In this document: positions 23,137 through 33,538 of the stretch, piece after piece
Numbering within the stretch: position 1 is the stretch's first letter
How the letters are laid out: every line of letters starts with the position of its first letter
From: Alphaproteobacteria bacterium
GTDB taxonomy: Bacteria; Pseudomonadota; Alphaproteobacteria; UBA2966
Direction of reading: 5' to 3'
NCBI GenBank assembly: GCA_964291395.2
Contig: OZ219858.1
Coordinates: 768,001 to 832,000 of the forward strand
DNA: 64,000 nucleotides
Made by a program: the position numbers and the translations under genes
Notes under the pieces: model-generated
What the model was told of the DNA's origin: nothing
Databases searched by the model: none
What the model saw: the letters and a program-made list of their open reading frames with translations, nothing else

Positions 23137-24273
23137 ATGAGCGTGGCTTTGGAAGCTGCACCCAGCCGGCCCTCGACGACGGACACCACGAACCTCGTCG
23201 GGCTCGATCGGGAAGAACTGCGGGGGGCGCTCGTCGCGGTCGACGTACCCGAACGCGAGCTTCGGATGCGGACATCCCAACTCTGGCATTGGATCTACCA
23301 TCGCGGCATCACCGACTTCGGGGCGATGACCAACGTCTCCAAGCGTTTCCGTGCGGCGCTTTCGGATCGTTGCGGGCTGTCGCGGGGAGATGTCGCCTCG
23401 GAACGGATTTCCTCCGACGGCACCAGGAAATGGCTGGTTCGATTTGCGGACGGAAACGAGGTCGAGACCGTCTATATCCCGGAGGAGGATCGGGGCACGC
23501 TCTGCGTGTCGTCCCAGGTCGGCTGCACGCTCAACTGCCGTTTTTGCCATACGGGAACGCAAAGGCTGGTGCGCAATCTGACGGCGGCCGAAATTGTCTC
23601 TCAGGTCATGATCGCCCGCGATTCGTTGGGAGAATGGCCGAGCCCCAGTCAGGACCGGCTGATCTCCAACATCGTGCTCATGGGCATGGGCGAGCCGCTC
23701 TACAACTACGACAACGTCGCGCGGGCGTTGAACATCGTGATGGATGCCGAAGGCATTTCGATATCGCGCCGACGGATCACTCTGTCGACCGCGGGTGTGG
23801 TGCCGCTGATGTCCCGGGTCGGCGTGGAACTCGGGATCAACCTGGCGGTCTCGCTCCATGCGGTCAGTGACGCAGTGCGTGACGTGCTCGTGCCCCTCAA
23901 TCGCAGATATCCGATCGCCGAGTTGGTGGAGGCGTGCCGGACCTATCCCGGTGCCACCAACTCCCGGCGGATCACGTTCGAGTACGTCATGCTGAAGGGG
24001 ATCAACGACTCCCTCGAGGACGCCAAATCCCTGGTCGACCTGATCTCCGGCATTCCGGCAAAGATCAATCTCATCCCGTTCAATCCGTGGCCCGGCGCGC
24101 CCTACGAGTGCTCCGACCCCAAGACCATCGACCGGTTCGGCGATTTCGTGAACCGGGCCGGCTACGCGTCGCCGGTTCGCGCGCCCCGTGGCCGCGACAT
24201 CATGGCGGCATGCGGCCAGCTCAAATCTGCGAGCGAAAGACGACCCGGAGGCCGGCGCGGGAGAAATCCATGA
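23137..24273 (+). CDS. rlmN: 23S rRNA/tRNA m2A methyltransferase RlmN
   Basis: [15 protein letters not shown] radical SAM motif, MGMGEP, AACGQL. Confidence 0.95.
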   Translation: MSVALEAAPSRPSTTDTTNLVGLDREELRGALVAVDVPERELRMRTSQLWHWIYHRGITDFGAMTNVSKRFRAALSDRCGLSRGDVASERISSDGTRKWLVRFADGNEVETVYIPEEDRGTLCVSSQVGCTLNCRFCHTGTQRLVRNLTAAEIVSQVMIARDSLGEWPSPSQDRLISNIVLMGMGEPLYNYDNVARALNIVMDAEGISISRRRITLSTAGVVPLMSRVGVELGINLAVSLHAVSDAVRDVLVPLNRRYPIAELVEACRTYPGATNSRRITFEYVMLKGINDSLEDAKSLVDLISGIPAKINLIPFNPWPGAPYECSDPKTIDRFGDFVNRAGYASPVRAPRGRDIMAACGQLKSASERRPGGRRGRNP

Positions 24274-25475
24274 CGACTGACGTGAAGAAGGTTGTGCTCG
24301 CCTACTCGGGCGGGCTCGATACCTCGGTGATCCTCAAATGGCTTCAGCAGACCTACGACTGCGAGGTCGTGACCTTCACGGCCGACATCGGCCAGGGGGA
24401 TGAGCTCGAAGAAGCCCGGGCCAAGGCCGAAATGCTCGGGGTCAAGGAGATCCACATCGAGGACCTGCGCGAGGAATTCGTCCACGATTTCGTCTTCCCC
24501 ATGTTCCGCGCCAACGCGCTCTACGAAGGCCTTTATCTGTTGGGCACGTCGATCGCCCGCCCCCTGATCGCCGAGCGACAGATCGAGATCGCCCGCCAGA
24601 CGGGCGCGGACGCCGTCGCCCACGGAGCCACGGGCAAAGGCAACGACCAAGTGCGTTTCGAGCTTTCCTACTATGCGCTCGAGCCAGACATCCAGGTGAT
24701 CTCGCCGTGGCGCGAATGGGACCTGACCTCCCGGACCGCCCTGATCGCGTTCGCCGAGAAGCACCAGATCCCCATCCCGCGGGACCGGCGGGGCGAGGCG
24801 CCGTTCTCCCGGGACGCGAACCTGCTGCACGTCAGCTCGGAGGGCAAGGCACTGGAAGATCCGGCGGTCGAGGCCGAGGAGCACGTCTACGCGCGCACGG
24901 TATCGCCTGAGGACGCGCCCGACCGGCCGACCATCGTCGAGATCGAATTCGAAGGCGGGGACCCCGTCGCCATCGAGGGCCGGAGACGCTCCCCCGCCGC
25001 GCTGCTGGCCGAACTCAACGCGCTGGGCAGCGCGAACGGCATCGGCCGTCTCGATTTGGTGGAAAACCGCTTCGTCGGTATGAAGAACCGCGGCATCTAC
25101 GAGACGCCGGGCGGGACGATCCTGCTCGCAGCCCGTCGCGGCATGGAAAGCATCACGCTCGACAGGGGCGCGGCCCACCTCAAGGACGAGCTCATGCCGC
25201 GGTACGCAGAGCTCATCTACAACGGCTTCTGGTTCTCGCCGGAACGCGAGATGCTCCAGGCCGCCATCGACAAGAGCCAGGAGCGCGTCTCGGGCAAGGT
25301 GCGCGTCAAGCTCTACAAGGGCAACGTCGGCGTGATCGCCCGGGAGTCGTTCGAATCCCTCTATTCGCTGGATCACGTCACCTTCGAGGACGACGAGGTC
25401 TATGACATGCGGGACGCCGAGGGCTTCATCAAGCTCAACGCGCTGCGCCTGCGGCTTCTAAACAAGCGGGGCTAG
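24270..25475 (+). CDS. argG: Argininosuccinate synthase
   Basis: [29 protein letters not shown]; ATGA overlap with rlmN. Confidence 0.95.
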   Translation: MTTDVKKVVLAYSGGLDTSVILKWLQQTYDCEVVTFTADIGQGDELEEARAKAEMLGVKEIHIEDLREEFVHDFVFPMFRANALYEGLYLLGTSIARPLIAERQIEIARQTGADAVAHGATGKGNDQVRFELSYYALEPDIQVISPWREWDLTSRTALIAFAEKHQIPIPRDRRGEAPFSRDANLLHVSSEGKALEDPAVEAEEHVYARTVSPEDAPDRPTIVEIEFEGGDPVAIEGRRRSPAALLAELNALGSANGIGRLDLVENRFVGMKNRGIYETPGGTILLAARRGMESITLDRGAAHLKDELMPRYAELIYNGFWFSPEREMLQAAIDKSQERVSGKVRVKLYKGNVGVIARESFESLYSLDHVTFEDDEVYDMRDAEGFIKLNALRLRLLNKRG

Positions 25476-25542
25476 CTAGAGCGGCCCGGCGGCATCACCG
25501 GGTCCACATCCTTGCCCCTTCCTCCTGCCGGGCGGAAAGAGA

Positions 25543-26574
25543 TCACGTCCAGCCGCGCCGCGCCGCGACGACGATCCCAAAGAGCGTTCGTTCGCAAATC
25601 GTACGGCCGGGCATCCCGGTGGTTTTGCACGACCGTTCGGCGCGAAGCACGACCTGCAACGCCTCCTCGATGCGGGCGGTCGTCCACTTGGCGACCTGCG
25701 CCTTGAAGGCCGCCTTGCTCTTGAAGAACACTGGCGGCCTCAGCGATGACATCGCTTTCTCGACGCTTTCTCCCGCGTCGCCGGCCACCGACACCGCGTG
25801 CAGTCTCTGGAGGTGACGGGCCAGCGCCCGCAAGACCGCGATTTCCTGCTGTCCCGACGCGACACAGCGGTCGTAGGCTCGCGCCAACTCCGCGGGGGCA
25901 CCCGCCGCGGCGGCCACAGCCACGTCCTCCAGGACGTGCTCCGCTTCGTCGCCGATGCAGTCCGCTGCCATTTCCCGCGTCACGGCGCCGTCGCGGTCCA
26001 ACGCGTAGAGAGCGAGCTTGTCCAGCTCCCGGCGGGAGAGGGCGCGGTCGCCGCTCAAGCGCGGCGCCAGATACGCCAGCGCCGATTGTTCGACCTCTTT
26101 TCCGTACCCGCCCAACGTTTCCCGAATCAGGTTCTCCCGCGCGACGTCGTCGTCCAGGTAGCACGGAACCGCGGCGGCCCGGTCCGCGCCCTCGAAAAGG
26201 CGGCGCACTCGGGAGCGAGGCCCGAGGTCCCCCGCCTCGACCACGATGAACGCCTTTTCGAGCGAACGCTCGAAAACCGAGGACATCGCCTCCGCGACGT
26301 TGTCCGAAGCGCCCTGGACCCGGACGAGCCGGATGCCGCCGCCCAACGGAATAGCGGATGCCTCGTCGAACAAACGTCCGGGGGATCCGGCGAGATCCTC
26401 CTCCCTCAACGTCGTCGTGCTGAACGGATCCTCAAGATCGACGCCGCTGGTCCGCGCGAGTGACAACGCGCGCTCGCCGACCAGTCCGGAAGCCGGCCCG
26501 TAGACCAGGAAGGCGAAGATGTCCGGATCGGGATTCCGTGCGAACGACTCAGCGTTTCGAGCGCTGATCTTCAT
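25543..26574 (-). CDS. holA: DNA polymerase III delta subunit
   Basis: LVYGP..GLV.E, ELDKLALY, PPVFFK; leuS-lptE-holA synteny. Confidence 0.9.
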   Translation of the reverse strand: MKISARNAESFARNPDPDIFAFLVYGPASGLVGERALSLARTSGVDLEDPFSTTTLREEDLAGSPGRLFDEASAIPLGGGIRLVRVQGASDNVAEAMSSVFERSLEKAFIVVEAGDLGPRSRVRRLFEGADRAAAVPCYLDDDVARENLIRETLGGYGKEVEQSALAYLAPRLSGDRALSRRELDKLALYALDRDGAVTREMAADCIGDEAEHVLEDVAVAAAAGAPAELARAYDRCVASGQQEIAVLRALARHLQRLHAVSVAGDAGESVEKAMSSLRPPVFFKSKAAFKAQVAKWTTARIEEALQVVLRAERSCKTTGMPGRTICERTLFGIVVAARRGWT

Positions 26575-26589
26575 GACGTGCCTTCCGAC

Positions 26590-27090
26590 CTACGAGCGGC
26601 CGCCGCGCGCGAGAAAGACCGCCACGCGCGTCTTCAGTTCGTCGCTGATCTCCCTGGCGGCCCGAAGTTCCGCGTCGCGCTCGGCGACCGTGTTCGCGTA
26701 GCCCGAGGAAACGACGTCGTAGGCGGCAATCGATCTCGCCCCGCCCTGCAACACCGTCTCCCCGGTCGAAATCAACGAGAGGTCGTAGTCCGCTTCCACG
26801 GACACGTTGAAGCGCGTCGCCGTATCGTCCCGCGCGATCGCCAGGGGCTCCTTGGACGTGCGCAGGGAGACGGCGAACCTGTACGTTGCCGCGGCCGGCG
26901 CACCTCGGGGCGTCAGGCGATCCAACAGGTGGTTGCGAACGACTTGCCCGAGACGGTCGGGGATGTGGGCGATTTCGATTCCCGCGAGAACCTCGGGCTC
27001 GGCGCCGCCGCCCGGCGCGTGCAGCGGGCGAAACCCGCACGCGGCGAGCGATATCAGCGCCGCCGCGACGGCCGGCCTAAAGAACGACAT
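26590..27090 (-). CDS. lptE: LPS assembly lipoprotein LptE
   Basis: Lipobox LAAC followed by GFRPL; synteny between leuS and holA. Confidence 0.85.
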   Translation of the reverse strand: MSFFRPAVAAALISLAACGFRPLHAPGGGAEPEVLAGIEIAHIPDRLGQVVRNHLLDRLTPRGAPAAATYRFAVSLRTSKEPLAIARDDTATRFNVSVEADYDLSLISTGETVLQGGARSIAAYDVVSSGYANTVAERDAELRAAREISDELKTRVAVFLARGGRS

Positions 27091-29674
27091 TGACGATTCG
27101 ATTGGGAACCACGATCACCTTCCGCACGGCGCGGTCGCCGATGTTTCGCCGCACGTTGGCATGCGCGAGCGCCGCTTCCCGAACCAGCGTCTCATCGGAA
27201 TCGCGGGCCACCTCGATGGTGCCGCGCAGCTTCCCGCTCACCTGAATGCCGATCGTCACGCTCTCCTCCTCGACCAGCTCGGGATCCGCCGCCGGCCACG
27301 GCGTGTCGGCCAGCAGCGTTTCGTGGCCGAGGCGCCGCCACAGTTCCTCGGCGATATGGGGCATCATGGGCCCGATGAGCTGAACCACGGCCTCGAGAGC
27401 CTCTCGAAGCACGGCAGCGGCCTCGTCGGATCGTTCCGCCCGGCCCGGCGGTGTCCACGATCCCAGGACGTTGACGAACTCGTGAATCCGCGCCACCGCC
27501 TTGTTGAAGCGGAACGCCTCGATATCGTCGCCGACCGCCGCGATCGTACGGTGGGCCGCGCGCCGCAGCTCGCCGTCGGGCCCGTCGGGGACGGCCGGCG
27601 GTCGGCCGGCCCCCGCCTCGCCGGCGTGAACGCTCAATTCCTGCACGAGTCGCCACAGCCGCTGCACGAAGCGCCACGCCCCCGACACGCCGGCATCCGT
27701 CCATTCCAGATCGCGCTCCGGCGGGCTGTCGGAAAGCATGAACCAGCGGGCCGTATCGGCGCCGTAGCGGCCGATGATGGAGCTCGGGTCCACGACGTTC
27801 TTCTTGGACTTGCTCATCGACTCCGAGCGGCCGATCTCGACCGGCAGCCCCGACTCCGCTAGCACCGGCCGGCCGCTCGGGTCCTGTGTCACCTCTTCGG
27901 GATAGCGCCAGTTTCCGTCGCCGTCCCGATAGGTCTCGTGGCAAACCATGCCCTGGGTGAACAGCCCCGAGAAGGGCTCGTCGAATTCGAGATGACCGCA
28001 GCGGCCCATCGCCCGCATGAAAAACCGCGAATACAGCAGGTGGAGAATGGCGTGCTCGATTCCGCCGATGTACTGGTCCACGGGCATCCAGTACCGGATC
28101 GCCGTCTCGTCGACGGGGGCGTCCGCGCGAGGGCTGCAGAAGCGCGCGAAATACCACGACGAGTCCACGAAGGTATCGAGCGTATCCGTCTCGCGCAGAG
28201 ACGGCTTCCCGCAGGCCGGGCAATCCACCCGCCGCCAGGCCATGTGGTCGTCGAGAGGATTCCCGGGTTTGTCGAAAGTGACGTCCTCCGGCAGCAGCAC
28301 GGGCAGGTCTTCCTCGGGCACCGGAACGATTCCGCAGTCGCCGCAGTGGATCATCGGAATCGGGCAACCCCAATACCGCTGCCGGGACGCCCCCCAGTCG
28401 CGCAGGCGGTAGTTGACGGTGCGCCTACCCCGGCCGACGCTCTCGAGCCTTTCGGCGACGGCCTCCTTCGCCGCGTCCACCGAGAGGCCGTCGAGGAACC
28501 GCGAATTGGCGAGAACGACGTTGCGGACGTCCAGGTAGGCCTCGTCGCCGACCCGGAACCGGGCGGCGTCCGCATCCTCGGGAACGACGACCGGCAGCAC
28601 CGGGAGCCCATACTGCCGCGCGAAATCCAAATCCCGTTGATCGTGCGCGGGACAGCCGAAGATGGCCCCCGTCCCGTACTCCATCAGCACGAAATTGGCG
28701 ATATAGACCGGCAGTTCCCTGCCTTCGACGAAGGGGTGCCGAACGCGAAGGCCGGTGTCGTAGCCCTTCTTCTCGGCGGTTTCGATGGCTTCCTCGCTGG
28801 TTCCCATGCGGCGGCATTCCGCGACGAACTCCGCCGCCCCGGGATCGCGGTCGGCCGCTTCCGACGCCAGCGGGTGATCGGCCGACAGGGCCATGAAACT
28901 CGCGCCGAAGATCGTGTCGTGCCGCGTCGTGTAGACGTCGAGGCCGTCGTCCCGTCCGACGATCTCGAAAGACATGGTGAGACCTTCGGAGCGGCCGATC
29001 CAGTTCCGCTGCATGGTCCGCACCTGGGGCGGCCAACGGTCCAGCGACTCCAGCGCCTCCAGAAGATCGTCGGCGAACGCGGTGATTCTGAAGAACCACT
29101 GGCTCAGCTCGCGTTTCTCGACGAGGGCGCCGGATCTCCAGCCCCGGCCTTCGATCACCTGCTCGTTCGCCAGGACCGTGTGGTCCACCGGATCCCAGTT
29201 CACCCACGATTCCCTCTGGTACACGAGATCGGCCTCATACATGTCGAGGAACAGCTTCTGCTGCTGCTCGTAGTAGCCGGGGTGGCAAGTGGCCAACTCA
29301 CGCGACCAATCGAGCGACAGCCCCATCGCCTTGAGCTCGTCGCGCATGTTGGCGATGTTGCCGTACGTCCACGCCGCCGGATGAACCCCCTGGTCCCGGG
29401 CGGCGTTTTCGGCAGGCAGGCCGAAGGCGTCCCAGCCCATGGGGTGCAGGACGCTGAACCCCTTCGCCCGTTTGTACCGCGCGACCACGTCCCCCAGCGT
29501 GTAGTTCCTGACGTGTCCCATGTGAATGCGCCCGGAGGGGTACGGGAACATCTCGAGAACGTAGTATTTCCGCCTGCCGGGATCCTCGCTGGCCTCGAAG
29601 GTGCGGCGCTCGGCCCAGACCCTTTGCCATTTCGCCTCGGTTTCCTGGGCGTCGTATCGGGCGGATGGGTTCAT
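27077..29674 (-). CDS. leuS: Leucine--tRNA ligase
   Basis: [29 protein letters not shown] editing domain, SMSKS. Confidence 0.96.
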   Translation of the reverse strand: MNPSARYDAQETEAKWQRVWAERRTFEASEDPGRRKYYVLEMFPYPSGRIHMGHVRNYTLGDVVARYKRAKGFSVLHPMGWDAFGLPAENAARDQGVHPAAWTYGNIANMRDELKAMGLSLDWSRELATCHPGYYEQQQKLFLDMYEADLVYQRESWVNWDPVDHTVLANEQVIEGRGWRSGALVEKRELSQWFFRITAFADDLLEALESLDRWPPQVRTMQRNWIGRSEGLTMSFEIVGRDDGLDVYTTRHDTIFGASFMALSADHPLASEAADRDPGAAEFVAECRRMGTSEEAIETAEKKGYDTGLRVRHPFVEGRELPVYIANFVLMEYGTGAIFGCPAHDQRDLDFARQYGLPVLPVVVPEDADAARFRVGDEAYLDVRNVVLANSRFLDGLSVDAAKEAVAERLESVGRGRRTVNYRLRDWGASRQRYWGCPIPMIHCGDCGIVPVPEEDLPVLLPEDVTFDKPGNPLDDHMAWRRVDCPACGKPSLRETDTLDTFVDSSWYFARFCSPRADAPVDETAIRYWMPVDQYIGGIEHAILHLLYSRFFMRAMGRCGHLEFDEPFSGLFTQGMVCHETYRDGDGNWRYPEEVTQDPSGRPVLAESGLPVEIGRSESMSKSKKNVVDPSSIIGRYGADTARWFMLSDSPPERDLEWTDAGVSGAWRFVQRLWRLVQELSVHAGEAGAGRPPAVPDGPDGELRRAAHRTIAAVGDDIEAFRFNKAVARIHEFVNVLGSWTPPGRAERSDEAAAVLREALEAVVQLIGPMMPHIAEELWRRLGHETLLADTPWPAADPELVEEESVTIGIQVSGKLRGTIEVARDSDETLVREAALAHANVRRNIGDRAVRKVIVVPNRIVNVVL

Positions 29675-29813
29675 GATGGTGGCAGTTGCGACTCCGGAGC
29701 GCGTTGCGCCGCCTCCCGTTCGCGAGGGGCGGCGCAAACTATCACAGCGGGAAACGGCGGGAAACGGCCGTCCGGCGGGACACCCGGGGGTCGGACTCGT
29801 GGCCCGGCCCCGA

Positions 29814-30371
29814 TCACTCCGGAACGGTCTTCGAGCGCAGCTCGCGCGCCCGCGTGAGAATCGCGTTCTCCAATTCCGTCGCGGTTCCCTGCCCCACTTC
29901 GCCGTCGACCCACCGGTCGCCCGCCGCGAGCCGTTGCCGGAACACGGATACCTTCACGCCGTCCGCGCGCAACTGGCGGTCGAGAATGTAGACCGTCATC
30001 TTGAAGCGCTCGGAAGGCACCTCGGGAGGCGAATACCAGTCGGTGATGATCACGCCGCCGAAGGGGTCCGCGGACGACAGGGGCATGAACGACATGGTGT
30101 CGAGCGAGGCCCGCCACAGGAACGAGTTCACGCCGATGCCCGCGCTGCCTCCCGACCCCCGGGCGTCCGGGTCTCCGACGAAAGGAATCCCGAGGCCGTC
30201 CAGCAGTCCCCCTTCGACATTCCCGAATCGCTCCTTTCTTGGGTCGTATTCGGAGTCGCGGGCGTCCTCGATCTTCAGATCCTGACACCCGGCGGCCAGC
30301 AACAGGACACCGCCGAAGGCGCTGGTTAGCAGAAGCCGCCCGTACCGCGGCCCGAACATCGTCGTGGGCAT
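29814..30371 (-). CDS. DUF3576 family lipoprotein
   Basis: LAAGC lipobox, [25 protein letters not shown]; upstream of leuS. Confidence 0.85.
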   Translation of the reverse strand: MPTTMFGPRYGRLLLTSAFGGVLLLAAGCQDLKIEDARDSEYDPRKERFGNVEGGLLDGLGIPFVGDPDARGSGGSAGIGVNSFLWRASLDTMSFMPLSSADPFGGVIITDWYSPPEVPSERFKMTVYILDRQLRADGVKVSVFRQRLAAGDRWVDGEVGQGTATELENAILTRARELRSKTVPE

Positions 30372-30555
30372 CTCTCGTTCCCGGATCTCCGCCCGCCGCC
30401 GGGATGGAGTCCCCGGTCGGCATCGGCATGAAACGTCGCTCAGTCGGTTCGCCGGCAGTTTGCGACGGCCGGCCGGAACACGCAACGATGAATCTCCCGA
30501 ACCGTCCCGGCGAGGGGAGTCGGCCGCGCGCCGGCGGGACTGAAGCGGGACAAGC

Positions 30556-30581
30556 CGAGACTAGGCGAGACTAGGCGAGAC
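30556..30581 (+). repeat. 10-bp tandem repeat (CGAGACTAGG x2.6)
   Basis: cgagactagg cgagactagg cgagac. Confidence 0.8.
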
Positions 30582-30587
30582 AAGTTG

Positions 30588-30710
30588 TGTCGCCAGCAAG
30601 TAGATTTGTCCGGTTTTGGTAGCACATCGATTGGCCGCTTCTGTTGAGGTTCCGGTCCTGTGGGGAAGTGGTCAGACGCGGAGCGGCTGTCCACTTCCCC
30701 ACAGGGCGTG
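30588..30710. mobile_element. Possible IS-end remnant with long hairpin
   Basis: TGTCGCCAGCAAGTAGATTTGTCCGGTTTT resembles ISNCY/IS1202-type ends; perfect 15-bp inverted repeat CCTGTGGGGAAGTGG / CCACTTCCCCACAGG at ~30657-30705. Confidence 0.35.
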
Positions 30711-30837
30711 GGCGGGTCTCGAACGGTTCGCCATCGGCGTGTGCTAGCGACAGAGAGCAAATCTGGTATTGTGTCGTCTCATGAAGGGCTGTATCTTGCT
30801 TGTCGAGGGGTAATTGCCCCTTTCAGGTGGAGAGGCA

Positions 30838-31437
30838 ATGCCGCTGCTGCGCCCGTCAAATCCGCTCAGCGAATTTGAAGCTGGATTGCTGCGCGAGAAA
30901 ACCTTCGGAATCATCAAGTCCAAGTCCTTCTCAAGGGGCCGGTTCCGGCTGTCCTCCGGAAAAGAGAGCGTCTTCTACCTCGATATGAAGCCGACGATGC
31001 TCGACCCCGAAGGCGCCGACGCTTTGGCGCAAATGGTTTTGGACCGGCTGAAAGATATGAAGGTGGACTGTATCGGCGGCCTCGAAGTCGGAGCCATACC
31101 GATAGTCAGCACGATCGCTATGCTGAGCCAGCAGCAAGGAACGCCGTTGCCCGGCTTTTTCGTGCGGAAGGAACTCAAAGACCACGGTACGAGGCAGCTC
31201 CTGGAGGGCTTGGCAAGCGGTGAAAGTCTGGAAGGCAAGAACGTCGTGATATTGGACGACGTTACCACCAGCGGCCGTTCCTCCATGGCTGCCGTGAAGG
31301 CCGCTCAGGATGAAGGCGCAAGGGTCGTGTTGGTCTTGGCAATCGTCGATCGAGAAGAGGGAGCGGCGGAGTTCTACAGAGACAACGACGTGCCATTTGC
31401 AGCACTATTTACGGCCAGTGAATTCATGGCGGCCTGA
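30838..31437 (+). CDS. pyrE: Orotate phosphoribosyltransferase
   Basis: FRLSSGKESVFYLD, VRKE.KDHGT, PRPP-binding VILDDVTTSG. Confidence 0.85.
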   Translation: MPLLRPSNPLSEFEAGLLREKTFGIIKSKSFSRGRFRLSSGKESVFYLDMKPTMLDPEGADALAQMVLDRLKDMKVDCIGGLEVGAIPIVSTIAMLSQQQGTPLPGFFVRKELKDHGTRQLLEGLASGESLEGKNVVILDDVTTSGRSSMAAVKAAQDEGARVVLVLAIVDREEGAAEFYRDNDVPFAALFTASEFMAA

Positions 31438-31529
31438 CTCTCCGCAATTTGCCAAGACATGCATTGTCTCGACTCTTGTTCGGGCTTGACCGTGTCCTCC
31501 CCTCTCTGACGCCTGAGCGCTACGCCGAC

Positions 31530-31607
31530 GCGCCTCGCTAATCCTTCGCCGCCATCGGGCTGGATGGAGGACTCCCACCTCCAAGCTGTCGATCATGCCC
31601 GGCACAC
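31530..31607 (-). mobile_element. 5' fragment of a group II (class C-like) intron
   Basis: Minus strand reads GTGTGCCGGGCATGATCGACAGCTTGGAGGTGGGAGTCCTCCATCCAGCCCGATGGCGGCGAAGGATTAGCGAGGCGC, starting immediately after a terminator. Confidence 0.72.
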
Positions 31608-31635
31608 TAAAAAGGACGGGGCTGATGCCCCGCCC
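31608..31635 (-). terminator. Rho-independent terminator
   Basis: Minus strand GGGCGGGGC-ATCA-GCCCCGTCC-TTTTTA. Confidence 0.8.
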
Positions 31636-31688
31636 GCTCCAACCCTGCGCGCTCTTGAGGCGGCCCGGAACTACCGCGCGCGCGGTTC

Positions 31689-31986
31689 ATGCCGACTGAG
31701 CCACCGGCCCTCAGAATCGAGCACTTCGACGCGGCGCGGCATGACCGCGCCGATCTCGACTGTGGCGTCGCCCGTCTGAACAACTATCTCAAGCTGAAAC
31801 GCCAGGAAGCAGCAGAAGGACGACATGACCCGCGTCTATGTCGTCATGGAAGAAGGAAGCACGCGCATCCTCGGCTACCATGCGATAAACCTGGGTATGA
31901 TGAATGCGGACGAGCTCGAGCGCCGGCCGCGCGGGGCACCGGATCACGGAGAGATCCCGATGCTGTTCCTGGGGCAGGTCGCGGTC
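31689..31986 (+). pseudogene. Truncated, frameshifted GNAT acetyltransferase (TacT/AtaT toxin-like)
   Basis: HDRADLDCGVARLNNYLK / ARKQQKDDMTRVYV...ILGYHAIN...IPMLFLGQVAV; extra A at 31797-31799; cut before the acetyl-CoA motif. Confidence 0.75.
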
Positions 31987-32067
31987 CCAGAAGACGGCAT
32001 CCCTCTCCTCGACGCGAAGCGAGTCGACGGTGCGCTTGGTGATCCTGAGTTCGCTTCGCCTCGGCAC
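31972..32067 (-). pseudogene. N-terminal fragment of tyrosine integrase (arm-binding domain)
   Basis: GTG start, MPRRSELRITKRTVDSLRVEERDAVFWDRDLP; expected GFG.RV continuation missing. Confidence 0.68.
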
Positions 32068-32548
32068 GGCGCCCCCGGCTCCCATAACCGACGACGGGCG
32101 GCGCGATCCGTCATCAAACCGCACACGCCCGGCATAAAATCGGGGCGCATCCAAGCGCATGCGCGATGGGAACACAAGCGGCGCGAACGGAGGATGAGGC
32201 AAAAAATATAGTGAATATAATGCGTTATACGCACCCGAGCGCAGTCCGTGCAGGGCCGGCGTTCGGCGGCATCGACAGCCCATGCGCAGTCGAATAGGAA
32301 TCGTTCCGCGCGACCGACGACGCATCCGCTTCGTGTGGACCGGCCGGGGACCGGCGGACGCCGAGATCTTGAGCTGGCGGGACCGGAAGGCCGAGAGCAG
32401 GCCATGTGTTCAGGGCGGCCTTACTTGTCGCCGAGTCGCGATTGCGATAGATACCGGTCCGGCAGCCCGAGAACCGACGGTAAGCTGCCCTGGCATAACC
32501 CGAAGGCGCGGGTTCGGAATTCGCGCCGCCGGAAACCGAGGAAGAGCC

Positions 32549-33472
32549 GTGCCTGGCGTTCTGTGGCTCGCGTCGTACCCCAAGTCCGGCAACACGTGGG
32601 TTCGCGCCTTCATCGCGAACTACCTGGTGAACGCCGATTCACCCGTCCCGATCAACGATCTTCCCGAATTCGTCAAGGGCGACGGCCCCAAGCACTTCTA
32701 CGAAGAAGTTCTCGGATTCCCCATAACCAAACCGCTGTCCCCGAAGGAGACCCAGGAGCTGCGGCTTCTCGTGCACAAGAAATTCGCATACGAGAGCCAG
32801 AACACGACGATCGTCAAGACCCATAACGCGATCGCATACCTCGACGACATCCCGACCATCAATCCCGAGGCTACCGAGGGCGCCGTGTACATCATGCGCA
32901 ATCCGCTCGACGTCGTGCTGAGCTATGCGCATCACTACGGCATGACCCACGACGAGGCGATCGAGAGGCTGGGTTCTGAGGAAAACGCCCTGGGCGGAAC
33001 GGAACGGCAGGTCCTGCAGTTCCTGGGAAGCTGGAGCCAGCATGTCCGGAGCTGGGTCGAGGCTCCGGGCCTCAAGGTCCACGTCATGCGTTACGAGGAC
33101 ATGCTTCTCGGACCCTCCGACTCGTTCTCCGGACTCGTCAAGTTCCTGGAGCTTCCCGAAGAGCCCGAGCGGCGCGAGAGGGCCATCGAATTCAGCTCGT
33201 TCAAAACGCTGGCGGGCCAGGAGAGGTCCCAAGGGTTCATCGAGGCCGTTCCCGCCAGGGAGCATGCGGCATTTCGGGGCAAGAGCGTGGAAACGGTGCC
33301 GCAAACCGCCAGGTTCCAGGGCGAGAACCGGGTTCGCTTTTTCCGTTCGGGGAAACTGGGGGCCTGGCGCGACCAGCTCACCGAGGAACAGGTATCCCGC
33401 GTCGTCGACGATCACCGGGAGGTGATGGAGGCGCACGGCTATCTCGATGAACGGGGCGCACCGGTATTCTGA
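32549..33472 (+). CDS. PAPS-dependent sulfotransferase
   Basis: WLASYPKSGNTWVR 5'-PSB loop, VKTH, MRNPLDVVLS, MRYEDM, FFRSGKLG.W. Confidence 0.9.
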   Translation: MPGVLWLASYPKSGNTWVRAFIANYLVNADSPVPINDLPEFVKGDGPKHFYEEVLGFPITKPLSPKETQELRLLVHKKFAYESQNTTIVKTHNAIAYLDDIPTINPEATEGAVYIMRNPLDVVLSYAHHYGMTHDEAIERLGSEENALGGTERQVLQFLGSWSQHVRSWVEAPGLKVHVMRYEDMLLGPSDSFSGLVKFLELPEEPERRERAIEFSSFKTLAGQERSQGFIEAVPAREHAAFRGKSVETVPQTARFQGENRVRFFRSGKLGAWRDQLTEEQVSRVVDDHREVMEAHGYLDERGAPVF

Positions 33473-33538
33473 GCGCCGGCCGGGACCGGACCCGGGGTCC
33501 GAATTGCTCCGGAGCCCGCCGGCCGGCCCCCTGATGTC

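Noticed and set aside
30556-30581. Possible CRISPR array
   Set aside because: Only a short 10-bp tandem repeat without spacers; no cas genes in the window.
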